Origin: Octopus vulgaris
Taxonomy: Eukaryota
NCBI GenBank assembly: GCA_951406725.2
Contig: OX597831.1
Span: 45,322,001 to 45,386,000, forward strand
Length of the DNA stretch: 64,000 nt
Direction: 5' to 3'
Positions 13,193 through 26,945 of the stretch are shown here, piece by piece. The notes below the pieces were generated by a model. It did no database searches and was not told where the DNA came from. It was given only the letters and a program-made list of their open reading frames with translations. Each line of letters opens with the position of its first letter. Position 1 is the stretch's first letter. A program made the translations under genes and the position numbers.

Positions 13193-13621
13193 AAGCTGAA
13201 AAGGCAGGGAGAACTCAGTAGCTGAGGTTTGTGGTAGTTTGAAGCAACTCAGAAAACTTTTTGTTACTACTGATGACAATAACAGGTATTGCTGCAAGAC
13301 ACAACAAAATCAGAAGTGTTATCTTACAAAAAGCAATGATGATAAAAAAATAAATAAATAAAAAACAAAAACAAGGTGATATAAAAGAAAATAATGAAAT
13401 AACACAATAATGCGAGTGATAGAAGAAAGAAGAAAAACGGAGGAGGAAGAGTGAGAGAGAGGAGAGAGAAAGAGAGAGGGTGTTTGACTGTAGAAAGATG
13501 GATAAGAGATATTTATATTGATGTATCTGACATTTAATATCTAAATATTTTATATATATTCAGCCTGAAACATGAAGATTTTTTTTTTAAATGAGTACAA
13601 TTAAAAAGGAAGAATATTACT

Positions 13622-13676
<55 letters not shown>

Positions 13677-16600
13677 CTTGTGTAAATAGATCGTATCGTA
13701 GATACTTTAGCCCCCAAAATCAATTTTACCTACTCAAGTTTCATATTTATATGGGTGGCTGTATTATACACCCACACACTTGTATGTATATCATCATCAT
13801 TATCATTTTACATCTGGTTTTCCATGCTGGTATGGGTTGGGTAGGTTTTTTGTTGCAATTTGTAACAAGGGAAACAAGAAAAAAACAAACTAAAAAAAAA
13901 ACACAGGGTTATGTTGGTGCATGTGCTTACAGTGTGGACTTCATGCATTTTATTAGGCCACAATCACAAAAGAGGTTGTCCCCAGAGAAAGATTAAAGGA
14001 TTTTTCTGATCTGAAACAGCTCTTGGAATTCATAAGTTGCATCATAGATTGACAGGGTTTGCATATTAATCAAATTTTCTATGGCTGGATGCCAATCCTA
14101 TCATAAACCGCTTTACAGAAAGTATTGGGTGCTTTCTATCATGCCATCAACATGACAGAGGGTACCTATGTGAATGTGAGGACTAAAGAGTTCTCTGTAC
14201 TCTGTATCATCAGAGCTTATTTGAATGTGCTGCCCTCCTTGGAGGTTTGCCTGTGATATTGCTTGTCGAGTCCACTTTTGACGTTTTGTTTTTGTGTAGT
14301 CTTTATGGCTAGATACCCTTTTTATCAGCAATTACTTCACCAAGTGTAGGAAGTCACATAAAATATATGTCCATATATATGCATAGAACACAGCTAATGT
14401 CATTTGAAAGTTGTCTAGCTAGCTACAAAGCATGATATATACTAAGGTTGCTAAGTGTGGAAGAATGGCAATATTATAGACAGTACTTAATCATGAGCTA
14501 GATAAGATCACTAATTCTGAAATTTGCACAAATTCTCAAAGGAAGTGATTCGGGTGTGCTTGCTCTGGTCAACTACACAATGAAAGTTGTAAGCTAGATT
14601 TCTGCAAGGCAAATGGAGAGGGTAACACAATGACAATAGCATTGCTAAAAACTTACCATAAAATCACCTCATCTGTCATAACAAGAACAACAATAATAAT
14701 AAGAATAATGATGATAATTATCTTGTAGTCAACAGAGCTGACTCCAGAATATTAATGATAAACATTCTATCAGTTCTGGAAGAATGCAAAGTAAAAGTAG
14801 CTCTTCAGAGATTTCAATTCAGAACAGTGAGTCATGGAATTAGATACCAAAAAGCTTCCAGTCCACTACTCTAGTTCTGGCATTATTTTCAAAAATCTAA
14901 TTCTCCAGTTCAATTTATAAAGATTTCTAACACTGACACAAGCCAGAATTTCTGTGACCTTCATGCCTTTTGTCAAAGCATTAACAATTTCATTGTAGTC
15001 AAACTCGAAACTGATAGCTGATCACAAAATTTAGTTTTTTTGAGAGCTTACTTCTATAATACTCACCAACTTTCTATGTTATAATAATGATGATGATGAC
15101 GAAAAAATTATATGAAACAAATATAGCATCAACTGCAAATACACAGAGTTAAGGAACCAGTTGTAGACCTGACCCACTTGTTTTGCTGTGTACTTACACA
15201 ATTTTACAAAAAATATGACCAATGACATGAAGACCATAACAGCATCTAGCCGGCGGAACAAGAGATCTTTCTTGAAAAACTATCAAACTTATTTCATGAA
15301 AAATTACTGAGCCTCAAAATACTTAACCTTTCAAAACTTGCAAATGCCTAATGTGTTAGTCTTATCTCGTGCATTTGGCCATGAACAAATAAGAAAATAT
15401 ACACTATCTCAAATTAATGCTAAATATCAAAATCATCAGTATTTTTACTCAATTATCATAATTGCTACACTTTCAATCTTGGTTTGACAGCATGTGACCA
15501 TTTTAGTTTGTGTGCTAGGCCAGTGCACTCCAATTCAGATTTCACCCAACTATTTACCCAGTGCAAAGTTGATCTATTCTAAGCTGGGTTAAAGTTTCAA
15601 TTTAAGGATTGTTCCTGAAACTTCATGTAACTCTAACAGTGGTTTGCACTAACAGCAAAGTTGAAGACAGATTTTAAAATCATTTACTTTCTGAAACTAA
15701 TATCAAGCCATCTACACTTTGTCCACCATGTTTTCCCTCTAATAATACATATTATCATAAACTTTCCCACCTAGGGATATTTTAGCCATTCTAACTTAAT
15801 GATTCTATTTTGAATTTATAGTGCATTTTAATGTAAAAGAAAAAAAAAATGAATACACTAACTGGATATATGTTGAGTGTAAAATACAAAACAAAATTTA
15901 TGTTTATAGCATGCAAACATCTCCACAGTTTTTTTTATGATCATGCTGACTTTCTTTGCAAATACAAGGCAATATATTAAGCACTGGTGCACCAGATTAC
16001 CAAATCATTCCTTGATTTAACCATTCAATATATTATAATTCTATCAACTGTAACTCTTTTTTTTTTTTTCAGAGAAATGAATGACCAATCAAATCACGCA
16101 GTCTATCTTCTGCTACCATGTTACTGCTTAACCTGGTGCTGCTGTAGAAGCAAGACAACTACAGTTGGAGATGTTTTCAACACACATTCACAGCAAAATT
16201 TAACACGGAATAACATAATAGAAAGCCTACCTTCTGACTGTTCTTGTTTTCTCCCCTGCTATAGCGTAGCTTTAATGAAAGATAAAAACAACAGTTTACC
16301 ACAGTATTGAATGAAGTTTAATTTTAAAATGAGCAAAACAACGATAAAAATGCATCGCAGTCTTTATATTGTTTTTTTTTTAATCCTTCAGAATTGTGGA
16401 AGAACCTACAGCAAAAGTTTATCTTAAGCATTTAACATGCTTGATTCCCCACGAAGCCTGTATACCTCATATTCATTCCCCATGAAGTATGTATATCTCA
16501 TATATTGACCCACATGACTACAGTTATTGGTGTATATAAGTGTGTGAGGATGTATGAGTGTATGTGTGTTGGCATGCTGCATGGGATGAACCGGTGTACA

Positions 16601-16977
16601 AAATTAAACACTTGCATATGTCCCTACTCTGCACACTGAATAAGTATTTTTACAAGTTGATGTCTGCCATAAAATCCATAGCTTCAGCTAAATAGACTTA
16701 AGTAAATGTAAAATGGACTGCCTCAGAATCTACAACCCAATGCCAATCACAGAGTTTGAAGCAATCATTTGTAGAAACTAACCACCATATTGACATCTAA
16801 TAGTGATAAAACTGAGAGTCAGAAATTGATTTCACCACTGAAACGAAAGCAATCTGATAACATATTCATAACAAGTATACACTGAATTATATACGAACTT
16901 TCACAAACAAGTTCGATCAGCTGCAGTATTTGGAAGATTTCAATAGAACACTTGAAGAAAATGATGCAAACACTTAC

Positions 16978-17057
16978 TAATGAATGAAGATGGTTGTCAA
17001 AATGTGGCGAGGTAGTGCTGCTCTGAGTGCTTGGTCGCTGCCAGTGACTAGTTGGGC
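16978..17057 (-). CDS. TCF12: E-protein exon (G)PTSHWQRPSTQSSTTSPHFDNHLHSL
   Basis: Acceptor atttcag|GC, donor TTA|gtaagt; 80 nt, phase 1 to 0; similar to TCF4 GTAVWSR...SSPNYEGPLHSL. Confidence 0.94.
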
Positions 17058-18903
17058 CTGAAATATTAACAAAATAATTCAATAACAAGCTTTATTAAAC
17101 AATTTCATGCACAAATCAACAAATAAAATCAGTACGCTTTTGTATCAAACGATGTTTCCTACTTTTCCATAATAGTCAATAAAGCTGATATTTTGGCATT
17201 CCACACCCTAGATATAAGCATTGTTAAATTTCAAGACTCCTAATATTCTTTGAATTTCGCTCTTTTGTTTAAGGCTGTCACATAAGTATCTAACAAAGCC
17301 TTCTTCATTCAGCTACCTTTCTTGAAAACAAAAATCCTTAAATAGGTTTTCTTTGATAAAATGATGTTGATAACATATGACTTTTTTTTCCCCAAAGGTG
17401 AGAGACAATCTCATTGAAATTGCCATTAATCTGTCAAGATACTGAATGATAATAGTAATCCACCTTCTCTTCTTCAGGGCCTCTCATTTGGCTAAATGAT
17501 GTTTGTATGTAATTAAAATATTTGGAATATCATCTAGAAGTACTGTTTATGAAAGATGATAGAATTAATAAGGCTGTAATGTACAGATATTTATCAAACA
17601 ATTTTATTCCACTCACTATAGACAAGAAATTATTTATATGGCTGAAATTTCAGCATAAAATACTCAAGACAAAACATTTTGAGGTTAAAAGACATCATAT
17701 TTTTGATGTCTTTGAAATCACTCTGTTGTTGAAAGTTTCTGCATTACCACTGATATCCACATCCAAAAGTCTGGATGTTGAATGATGATAGTATTAACCC
17801 CATTACGTGCATCCTCATTTTCATTGGTCCCATTCTGGATAAACAAGGAGTGTTATTAAAATACTTGAAGCGTCTCCTACAAGTACTATAGAAATTACTT
17901 CTGCTAGTCATCATCAAAACAGTTGGAAGGCGATTTCTATATAATTTTCTCTCTCCACCGGAGAAAGTAATCTCATGATACCAACACAACATTTTAAAGG
18001 CAAACCTGTTAGGGATTTTGTCTTTACAAAAGTTTGCCAGATGATGATGAAAACAAGATGGTGACAACCTTCAATGACAGAGTGAAGTGCAAAGAGCATT
18101 TAAAGTCCTGTCGTTTCAAAATGCTTTATCTAGTAAGATATTTTAAACTGTACTGTATAGGTGTAGGTGTGGATGTATGGTCAAGAAGCTTGCTTTCCAC
18201 CAGGCGATGTCAGGTTCTGTCCCACTGCTCAGTACATTGAGCAGTTGACTTCTACTATAGCCCCAGCCTGACCAAATCTATTTTAGAGGATTTGATAGAT
18301 GGAAAATCAAAAAAAAAAAAGCTCATCATGTGTATACCCTTGTCTTGACAACAGTTGAGGGTTGGCAACAGGAAAGGCATCTAACTTTAGATAATCTAAT
18401 TCATTGAATTCCATCTAACCCATGCAAACATGGAAATATAGATATTAAAAGATGACGATGATATATAACTGTATCAATTCATTTTTATAGGATAAACAGT
18501 ACTTCCAGTTTCATCTATGTTGGATGAAAGAATATTCATATTGCAAGTTTTAAAAAGATATCTTTGCTTACTTATTCTTTCCCATTACATATAACTTCTC
18601 CAAAGTCATTAACAAATGATATAATAATTATTAATATACTTATTCAATTAATATGTATATGTATATGAAATGGCGGTGCCCCAGCATGGCCACAGCTCAT
18701 AAGCTGAAACTAGAATCAATCAATCAATCAATCATGTGTACACTACATATTAATGTCCTAAAAATGGTGAACACACGCGCACACACACACACACATATAT
18801 ATATATATACCATTTGTAGGACATATATATATTATAGAACCTTTAGATCTAATGTACTCAATATTTCCCATAAATGCTTTCTCCTGATAACTTGAATTTT
18901 TAC

Positions 18904-18982
18904 CTGACATAGGAGGAGGTGATGATACTGGAGTGGAAGGGTTCGAGCCATAACTGCTGTTAGTATGTTCTGTGGAGTAGAT
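18904..18982 (-). CDS. TCF12: E-protein exon IYSTEHTNSSYGSNPSTPVSSPPPMS(G)
   Basis: Acceptor gttttctag|ATC, donor G|gtaaaa; 79 nt, phase 0 to 1; similar to TCF4 [23 protein letters not shown]. Confidence 0.96.
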
Positions 18983-19531
18983 CTAGAAAACAGAAAAGCA
19001 AATAATAATAAATATTGATGATGATGATGATGGTGAACAAGACAATGATGATGATGACAATGATAATGATAGAGGCATAAGACCACAAAAATGGCGGGAA
19101 GGGAATGGTTGATTAAATCAGCATTGGTTCACGACTAGTACATGTTTCCATGATGTCAAAAGGATGAAAAGCCAAAGACACTCCCAGATTGATTTGAACT
19201 CAAAATGCAAAGGGGAAGTAACTAAATACCATAAAGAAGGCAATCCATTCAGTGCCTGATTTTGCCATTTATATTAGTAATAGAGGAAGTAACAATAGCT
19301 TCAATAGGCAAAAGACCAGAAATCTAGGGGAGGCAGTTAGTCAATCAAATCAATCTCAGTACTTTTCATCAACCCAGGAGGGATGAAAAGCAAAGCTAAC
19401 AATGGCTGGATATGAACTCTGAACGTAAAGATCTGGAATATATACCACCAGACACTTTAACAATTCTACCAATAACAATGAAGGGAGAGGGGTTATTAGT
19501 TGATACCATTGATCACTGTAATAGACTTGTA

Positions 19532-19694
19532 CAGTGGTCCTCAACCTGTGGTCCACAAAGGTAGTACTGGGGGTTTGTGAACTAAATTTAAAACTTCATA
19601 AATATATCAAAGGATAAGCATATTAAAAGGGGTTCATGGAAAAACTCATTTAAATAAAAGGGGTCCTTGGTAGTGAAATGGTTGGGAACCACTG
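19532..19694. mobile_element. hAT-type MITE inserted in a SINE
   Basis: TIRs CAGTGGTCCTCAACC / GGTTGGGAACCACTG; 8-bp TSD gacttgta / gactagta. Confidence 0.85.
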
Positions 19695-19833
19695 GACTAG
19701 TACTTTACTGACTCTGATAGGGTGAAAGGCAAAGTTGACCTCAGCAGGTTTGAACTCAGAATGTAAAGAGTCAGAACAAACACTAATGATTCTGTCAATC
19801 CCCTACCATAATAATAATCATCATCATAATGAT

Positions 19834-20141
19834 AGACAAGACGAAGAGTGTGATGCGATTGCAATAGATATTTTATTGGTTGAGCAATATTTCGGCACTC
19901 CGTGTGTCTTTTACAAGTTCAAAATACAAATTAAAATTAAATTCAAAGCAAGGAAGTGCTGAAACATTCAAAATTAAATTCTGATTTAATTTTGAATGTT
20001 TCAGTGTTTCTTAACTTTGAATTTAATTTCCATTTGTATTTTGAACCAATAAAATATCTACCGTCCAACCCAAGCAAGCATGGAAAGCGGACGTTAAATG
20101 ATGATGATGATTGCAATTGCATTGCACTATTCGCCTTGTCT
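19834..20141. repeat. Foldback palindrome interrupted by a retroelement tail
   Basis: Nested inverted arms 19917-19979/19984-20046, 19865-19881/20044-20060 and 19834-19865/20110-20141. Confidence 0.9.
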
Positions 20142-23100
20142 GTTAAATTTTCTGAAGAGTTACGTCAATCCTTTTAAAATATAGTAATATAATAGTAATA
20201 AGTGATTCTGATTTGGGCACAATGCCAGCAAATTTGAGGAGAGAGGGTAAATCAATTACATCAACTCTCAGCTCGCTCCAGTATTTGACTGGTACTTCAT
20301 CGACCTTGGAAAGATAAAAGGTAAAGTTAACCTTGGGACATAAAGAGCCAGAATAAATACTGCAAGGCATTTTTTTTTCTGAAGCTCTAACGATTCTGCC
20401 AAGCCACCAACCCAATAATAATGATAATAATAATCCTTTTTACAAAAGGCACAAGGCCTGAAATTTGGAGGGAGAGGACTAATCAATTACATTGACCCCC
20501 GTGTTTTACTAGTCCCTAATTTATCAACCTTGAAAGAATGAAAGGCAAAGTCAACTTCAGTGGAATTTGAACTCAGAATGTAGCGAAGAGCAATATACCG
20601 CTAAACATTTCGTCCAGTGTACCAACGATTCTGCCGGCATTTCTGTACAAGGCCAACAATTTTGAAAGGAGGATGTTAGTTGCTACCACTCAGTACTTGA
20701 CTGGTACTTCATTTTACTGATCCCAAAGGAATGAAAAGCAAAAGCTGACCTAGGAAGGATTCAAACTCAGTGAAAGTACCGGAACAAATATTGCAAGGTA
20801 TTTTCTCCATGCTCTAATCATTCCTGCCAATCCACTATGATGATGATGATGATGATGATGATAAAAATAACAACAAAAACAATAAAGAAAAGAGAATTTA
20901 AATTCTTCAGAGGACAATATAAAATGGTAGAAATGATTTGCAGACTAAACCAGAATTCTAGCTTAAACCCCTTTAAAGAACCCTATTAGTGTGTTGCTGT
21001 AATGTCTGCAAATGCACATATATTTACATTATACTGGTTTCAAAATTATCAACACAGCTTTGTGAATCCCTTTTGAAGACAGACACGAATACGTTATTCC
21101 ATTCCATGTAGTCCGACTTTGCTCTTTAGTACAGAATGAATTCAGATTTTAAGTCAATATGTAGACCAACACTCGTACCTTGGATAGCTAATACTGTTTC
21201 TCTATCTGCCTATCAATCTATGTATACATGCATATACATGTGAACCCACACAACACCACCAAATACATGCATGCATGTGTGTGTGTGTAACTGAATGGTA
21301 GATTTTGCAAGGCATACATATTATTGCATCTAATCTGTATGTAACATATGGCACACACTGCAGCAACTTAAGATAATGGCATAGTTATGCGCCATATACT
21401 TGCTTGTCCCTAAAAATATACTCCCCCATTTACTGCACATTTAATGAGATCTCACCACCCATCACCATTACATCTCCATATGGTAGAGTGGTTAAATAAA
21501 TATATATCTTAGTTCATAGTAAAATATGAAAATATTAAGTTTTTTTTCCTTCTTTCTTCTATTAAGCACACCACAAGTTAGATTGCCTGCTGACAATTTT
21601 TGGGGTCCTGATGCCAGTTCTAATGATCAGTATGAGACATTTCAAAAGTGTACGGCTTAAGGTTAATATAATACTTCTTCAAAACATAAATTAAAATATT
21701 TATTAATCAAACTGATCAGCAACCATAACGTCATATCTACATGCTATCTAATTATAGTATTCTGATAAAGATGCTTAAGATGTCAAATAATAATTTGATA
21801 AAAGGGATTACAGACAAACAAAAATTAGAGGAAGAAAGAGGAGGTAGGGACAGTTTTTTGAACTCAGCGGAGATCTTCAAAACCGTCACAAATGTTTTAA
21901 CATCTGTTTTTCCATGCCTTGCATGAGTTGGACCTTGTTTCAATCTTTTGTCATCTCCCCTGAAAGCCTACTTTCCTGAATTTCTGAGATCAGACACCAC
22001 CTCTTCTTTCCATGTTTTTCTTCATTTTTCTCCCATCACGGGTAGTCTCCTCTGACAGCAGATAGCACTTTTTCACCCAGCCACTACTGGTCCACTATAC
22101 CACATAGCTTATAAGAGTGTAGTTGTCTCTCATGTACTCACTGGCTAATAATACATTAATGCCTAGCTGTGCTTGCAACTTATCTCTGAGCTAACAACAT
22201 ACATTCAACAAAACATGCTTGCCTCGTTACTCTCCCGTCTCCACAGATCATCTACAGTCAATGCCCATGTCTCACTATCTACTCAATACCACAATTCTTC
22301 CACATTTTTCATATTTCATACAGTCTTTCATTCACATGGAGGGAGAAACCTCTTGTTGACAATTAATAAATTAAATTATATTCTGCTACTAGAGCTAGAA
22401 GTTGTGTGCTGAAACATTGGACACTAAACTTGTTGTTTTAGATTATTCACAGTTTGTTATCTTAGATAATGTAAATATCATATAAGACTTAAGCCAATTA
22501 GTCAGAGGCCCACTTCTGTATCAATTATCATTCTAATAACAACGCTGTAAATTAAGTCTCTCTTTCTCCACTTGGTGCCTCTTTCTCAACAAGTATTACA
22601 TGACTAATCCAGTATGTAACACCCTTGTGAAATTCAAGGCACAGCCTCTTTTTTTTTTTTTTTCCTTAATATAAAGTAGTTGTATAAAATAATATCTAAA
22701 ATTTTCTTCACAATTAGATTTGAAGTCAAAACAAAAACAAAAAAAAAAAAACCCCAAGAAACTAAATACTAGAAAGCTGTGGTCAACTTGTTACTCCTGA
22801 GGCTTAAAGATTGTAAGTCAGATGCTCTAAGTTTTGATAACATTGAGACAACGAAAATATATATATAAAAATAAACTAAGTCATCAAAACTAAATTTAAA
22901 ACAACTGAAATAACATGAATAATCCCATTACATAGAGTCATATATTCTAGCTAACACTTTAGAATACTAATTGTTAGGTTTATTAGAAAATGAGTTGAAA
23001 CACTGTTCAAATGCTTTTGGAACATATTTCACTGGCACCAATAAACGAAAATAAAAAAATTGATCTCAGTCTCATTTTATAGTAGATCATCTAAACAAAA

Positions 23101-23590
23101 GTCATTTAAATTATTTTCAAAATATTGTAAAATTGCAAATCTGATCAACCTATGCCAATAAAATAGTCTACTGGGTCTAAATATAGCAGTTTATTTTATT
23201 AATATATAAAATTTATTACAGCAATTTGAAAAATATTTGCAGCCAACAGTAGCACAAATTTTTGTAATGGCAAAGATATTTCAGATCAGGATGTTTATTT
23301 GTTACATGTAAATCACTGTATAATTTGTAAATAAATATTCCAAATACATTTTACATTAAAGAGCAGAACAGCCAATTTAATTAACTTTATGGTTTCAAGT
23401 ATCACTACCTTACAATGTACATGACGTGAATCATGTAATTTAATGAAAGAATAACTTTAATAGAACTTAGGGAATTAACCTCATCTACAGCTTCCCATAA
23501 GTACTTTTATTGTTTTTAGTGTATCTAAGTTAATTAGTTTATTTTGGAGTTAATTATATAAATGACTTGACTTAATGAAGGAACACTTAC

Positions 23591-23815
23591 AGAGGCTAAT
23601 GCTTTTCCTAATGTGTCTCCTGTTTGTGTAGTTCCTTGATTACGAGAGGCCTGCATAATATCAGAGCCATTCACTGTAGGTGAAGTGTTGGAAAATGTGG
23701 ATGATGACACAGGAGGCACAGTAGGTAGCGTGTTGCCACTACTGCGAAATGTTGACATAGGAGGAAGACCTGATGATAGCATAGCTTCATGATTTGGGGA
23801 AACAGTATGGTAACC
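23591..23815 (-). CDS. TCF12: E-protein exon GYHTVSP...LPPMSTFR...QTGDTLGKALAS
   Basis: Acceptor tttttag|GGT, donor TCT|gtaagt; 225 nt, phase 0 to 0; LPPMSTF and TGD.LGKALAS motifs. Confidence 0.97.
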
Positions 23816-25699
23816 CTAAAAAATAAACAAATTTTACTTTATTGAAGATGTCACTAAAATTATTTTTGGTTAAAATGCAATTAAAAAAAAACAATAAAAG
23901 AAAAACAAAGCAAAAAATAAACAATAAATAAAAATGAAAATGTTTAAAAGTGGACAAGTCATCTGTTTCTGCTGGCAAAACTGGTTTTTCTTTAAGTCCA
24001 TTCTGGTGTATAGGGGAAATTGTTGTCAAAGTAAATGTTCAGAGAGGAAAATATTCAGGATGAATTCTGCTTTATTAAAACTTTTACTTGAGATTCTAAA
24101 CAATCTTATTAGTTGCTAATTAAAACAAATCTACATAATCACATTAGGGAACATGTTACCAGATCTAATGTAAATTTAGGAAACAAAGAAGTCAGAGGCA
24201 TTTAAAATAAATTTTAGACATAAATGAATATACTACAGTTTTGGGGAGTATAGGAAACAGAGTTCCAAGTTTGCTGGGGTCATGAAAATCAAATAAATTT
24301 CAGAAGAAACTATGGCGAACCAACAGGAAATAAATGATCATAAAATTAAAAACAACAACAAAAAAAACTTGATATTTAAGACCATAAGGAAAAGTAATTT
24401 AATATGTTTATATAATAAAATGTATTTAATTACTCTTGTACACATTAGTAGTAGAATTACAGTTCTAAAAAGTAATGCACTAAACATTAAATTTTTTCAA
24501 CACTCCAGGTATGTATATGTATATGTGTAAAGATATATATATATATGTATATATCTAAGCATGCATGTGTACACATACACACCAACATACAAACACAGAT
24601 ATATAACACAAACATATTCAAGAAATGGTCTTTTTTTTTTTCTGTTTCTGTTTCTGAAGCCAGTTTTAAAGAAAGGCTTGCCACTACCACCTAATATAGG
24701 TTAGAAAAACATAGGGTAAGGGAGGTTAAGGAAAGAATGAATTAACAGCAGCATTCTATTTGAAAAGAAACCCAAGCTGTTGCTTAGCTAGCTACTTGTG
24801 TTGAACAAACTAATTCCTTCCCTATCATGGAGATTGAGTGATACCACATGGGAGTAGGAAGCTAAGATTTTCCTTCAGAAGAACTGATTTCCTTCAGGCT
24901 CCTGACAGTAGCTTGACCCCTGTAAAAGTTGCTGAGGGAAGTCATCTCCTCAAGATTGATATCTGATATATGACTAGGAAGTAAAGATTAATTAGATTTA
25001 CTAAAAGAAGATCAACAATAAACTTTAAATATTTTGGTTATAGATTAACAAACCAAAGCAATCAACAAAATCACACAAAATTTTTAATTCTGAAAAAAAA
25101 AAAAAAAAAGTAAAAAAAAAAGAAAAGAGCAAAGTAACAAAACAAAAACAAATCACAATGTTATTGTAATATAATATATATAAATGTTATTGTAGAGAAG
25201 TGTGTGCATGTGTTTACAATTTTTAAATAGGCTGATGAACAGATACATAAAGTGAATCACATATCTTATGAGGTTTACCTGTGCAACAGTGTTTAAAAAT
25301 TGTAAACATATTTGTGATTTAATACTAGCGGCTTCACAGAAATAAAAATCATTATATATAAACACATACATGAGAAAGAGAGGGCATTTATATCATTTTG
25401 ACCTAGTAAAAAAAGAACAGCTAAAATGTTCCTGACATTTTAAAGAAAACCAAACATGTAGATATAAAGACTACTTGCACATGGAAGAAAAAGAAAAGTG
25501 AGAAACACATTCTACTATGTTTGAAAATAATTTGGAATAATTCAGCTATTTATACCCATTTTTGAAACAATGATTGATGAAGGTGTGAATATATTTGAAA
25601 CCAGTAAAATGTAAACATGTGCATGTGTAGATATCACAGTAACACAAATACATAAACTTTAGTTTGAGGGTTTCAAAAGAACCAGCTTAATACTGAAAA

Positions 25700-25746
<47 letters not shown>

Positions 25747-26566
25747 AGCAAGAGGAAGAGACTTAGAAGTGAATATAAAAGTCTTTGTGTTCTTAAATGA
25801 CGAACATGACTTTGCCACATTATATATATTATACCCTTATAAATACATTTATATATACAAATGTGAGAAAAAGTACTCAATACATATAGTGGAGTCTTAT
25901 ATAAGAAGAATCTGAAATATCAATGTTGCACGACTAACGGGTGATGTGAAACAGAATAACAAGTGTGGTATCTCAAGCTTATATACACACATGGCTATGT
26001 GATTTCAAAGTTTCCTTCCCAACCACATGTTTTCAGGTTCAGTCCCACAGTGCAGTACCTTCAGCAAGTGTTTTCTACTAAAGGCTTTGACCAACCAATG
26101 TTTTGTGAGAGAATCTGGCAGATGAAAACTATCTCATTTATACCACACACACACGTACGTACACACTAAAATAATCACTGGAGTCAATATGATCAATTAG
26201 AAGGAGAAAACTAATAGAAATAGCTATTTTCCTATTATTGAGAGCCAATTTATAATTTTCTTAAGGATTAGTAAATGAACTATTAACACTCATGAGATGG
26301 ATTTAATAGTTGGTAGGCAAACTTTCGAAATAGCCATCATTACTTCATGGCAAATGAAATAGGCAAGGATTTGGGTGACTGTTTCCTTTTATGAAAGAAT
26401 TTTTTGTCCAAAATAACCCCCACTCCTTACAGTTTTGCCCATCAACTACATGTCCTATTCTGGTAAAATTTTACTGGTACTTTTCTCCATGGTGGAGATA
26501 GTTATTCTGGAAGTCCACTGATCACCTATTAATCTGTCTCACAAGTATAGTAGTTTTCTTTACTAA

Positions 26567-26945
26567 TCATCATCATCATCATTTAACGTCTGCTTTCCAT
26601 GGGTTGGATGATTTGACTGAGGACTGGCGAACCAGATGGCTGCACCAGGCTCCAATCTGATCTGGCATATTTTCTACAGCTAGATGCCCTTCCTAATGCC
26701 AACCACTCCAAGAGTGTAGTGGGTGCTTTTACGTGCCACCGGCACGAGAGCGAGTCAGGCGGTACTGGCAACGGCCATGCTCAAATGGTGTTTTTTACAT
26801 GCCACCTGCACACGAGCCAGTCCAGCGGCAATGGCAATGATCTCGCTCAAATATATTTTCACGTGCCACCAGCACAAGTGCCAGTAAGGCGACACTGGTA
26901 GCAATCACACTCGAATGGTGCTTTTTACATGCCACCAGCACGGTT
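26567..26945 (-). mobile_element. RTE-tail-type retroelement with internal tandem subrepeats
   Basis: (CAT)n-ttaacgtc..ttccatg tail and gatgcccttcctaatgccaaccac; repeated tttac(a/g)tgccacc units. Relatives at ~1458-1710, 3225-3400, 3745-4040, 6435-6770, 9983-10065 and 59330-59510. Confidence 0.75.

Larger units (their letters stand above)
19070..20835 (-). mobile_element. Cluster of ~6 same-orientation family 1 SINEs with nested MITE and foldback
   Basis: Repeated gaaaggcaaagt..acct...atttgaactcagaa units separated by AAT/GAT runs. Confidence 0.8.

Noticed and set aside
14651-15075. Donor-like sites ATG|gtaagt (14657) and TTG|gtgagt (15067)
   Set aside because: No supporting acceptor or open frame; expected by chance in AT-rich introns.
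17740-18130. Possible very decayed mariner transposase (WMLNDD.., FKGKP..)
   Set aside because: Similarity is too weak and no TIRs were identified.
26720-26945. Regularly spaced tttacgtgccacc repeats resembling a CRISPR array
   Set aside because: Eukaryotic context; the spacers resemble each other and the units are internal subrepeats of a retroelement.
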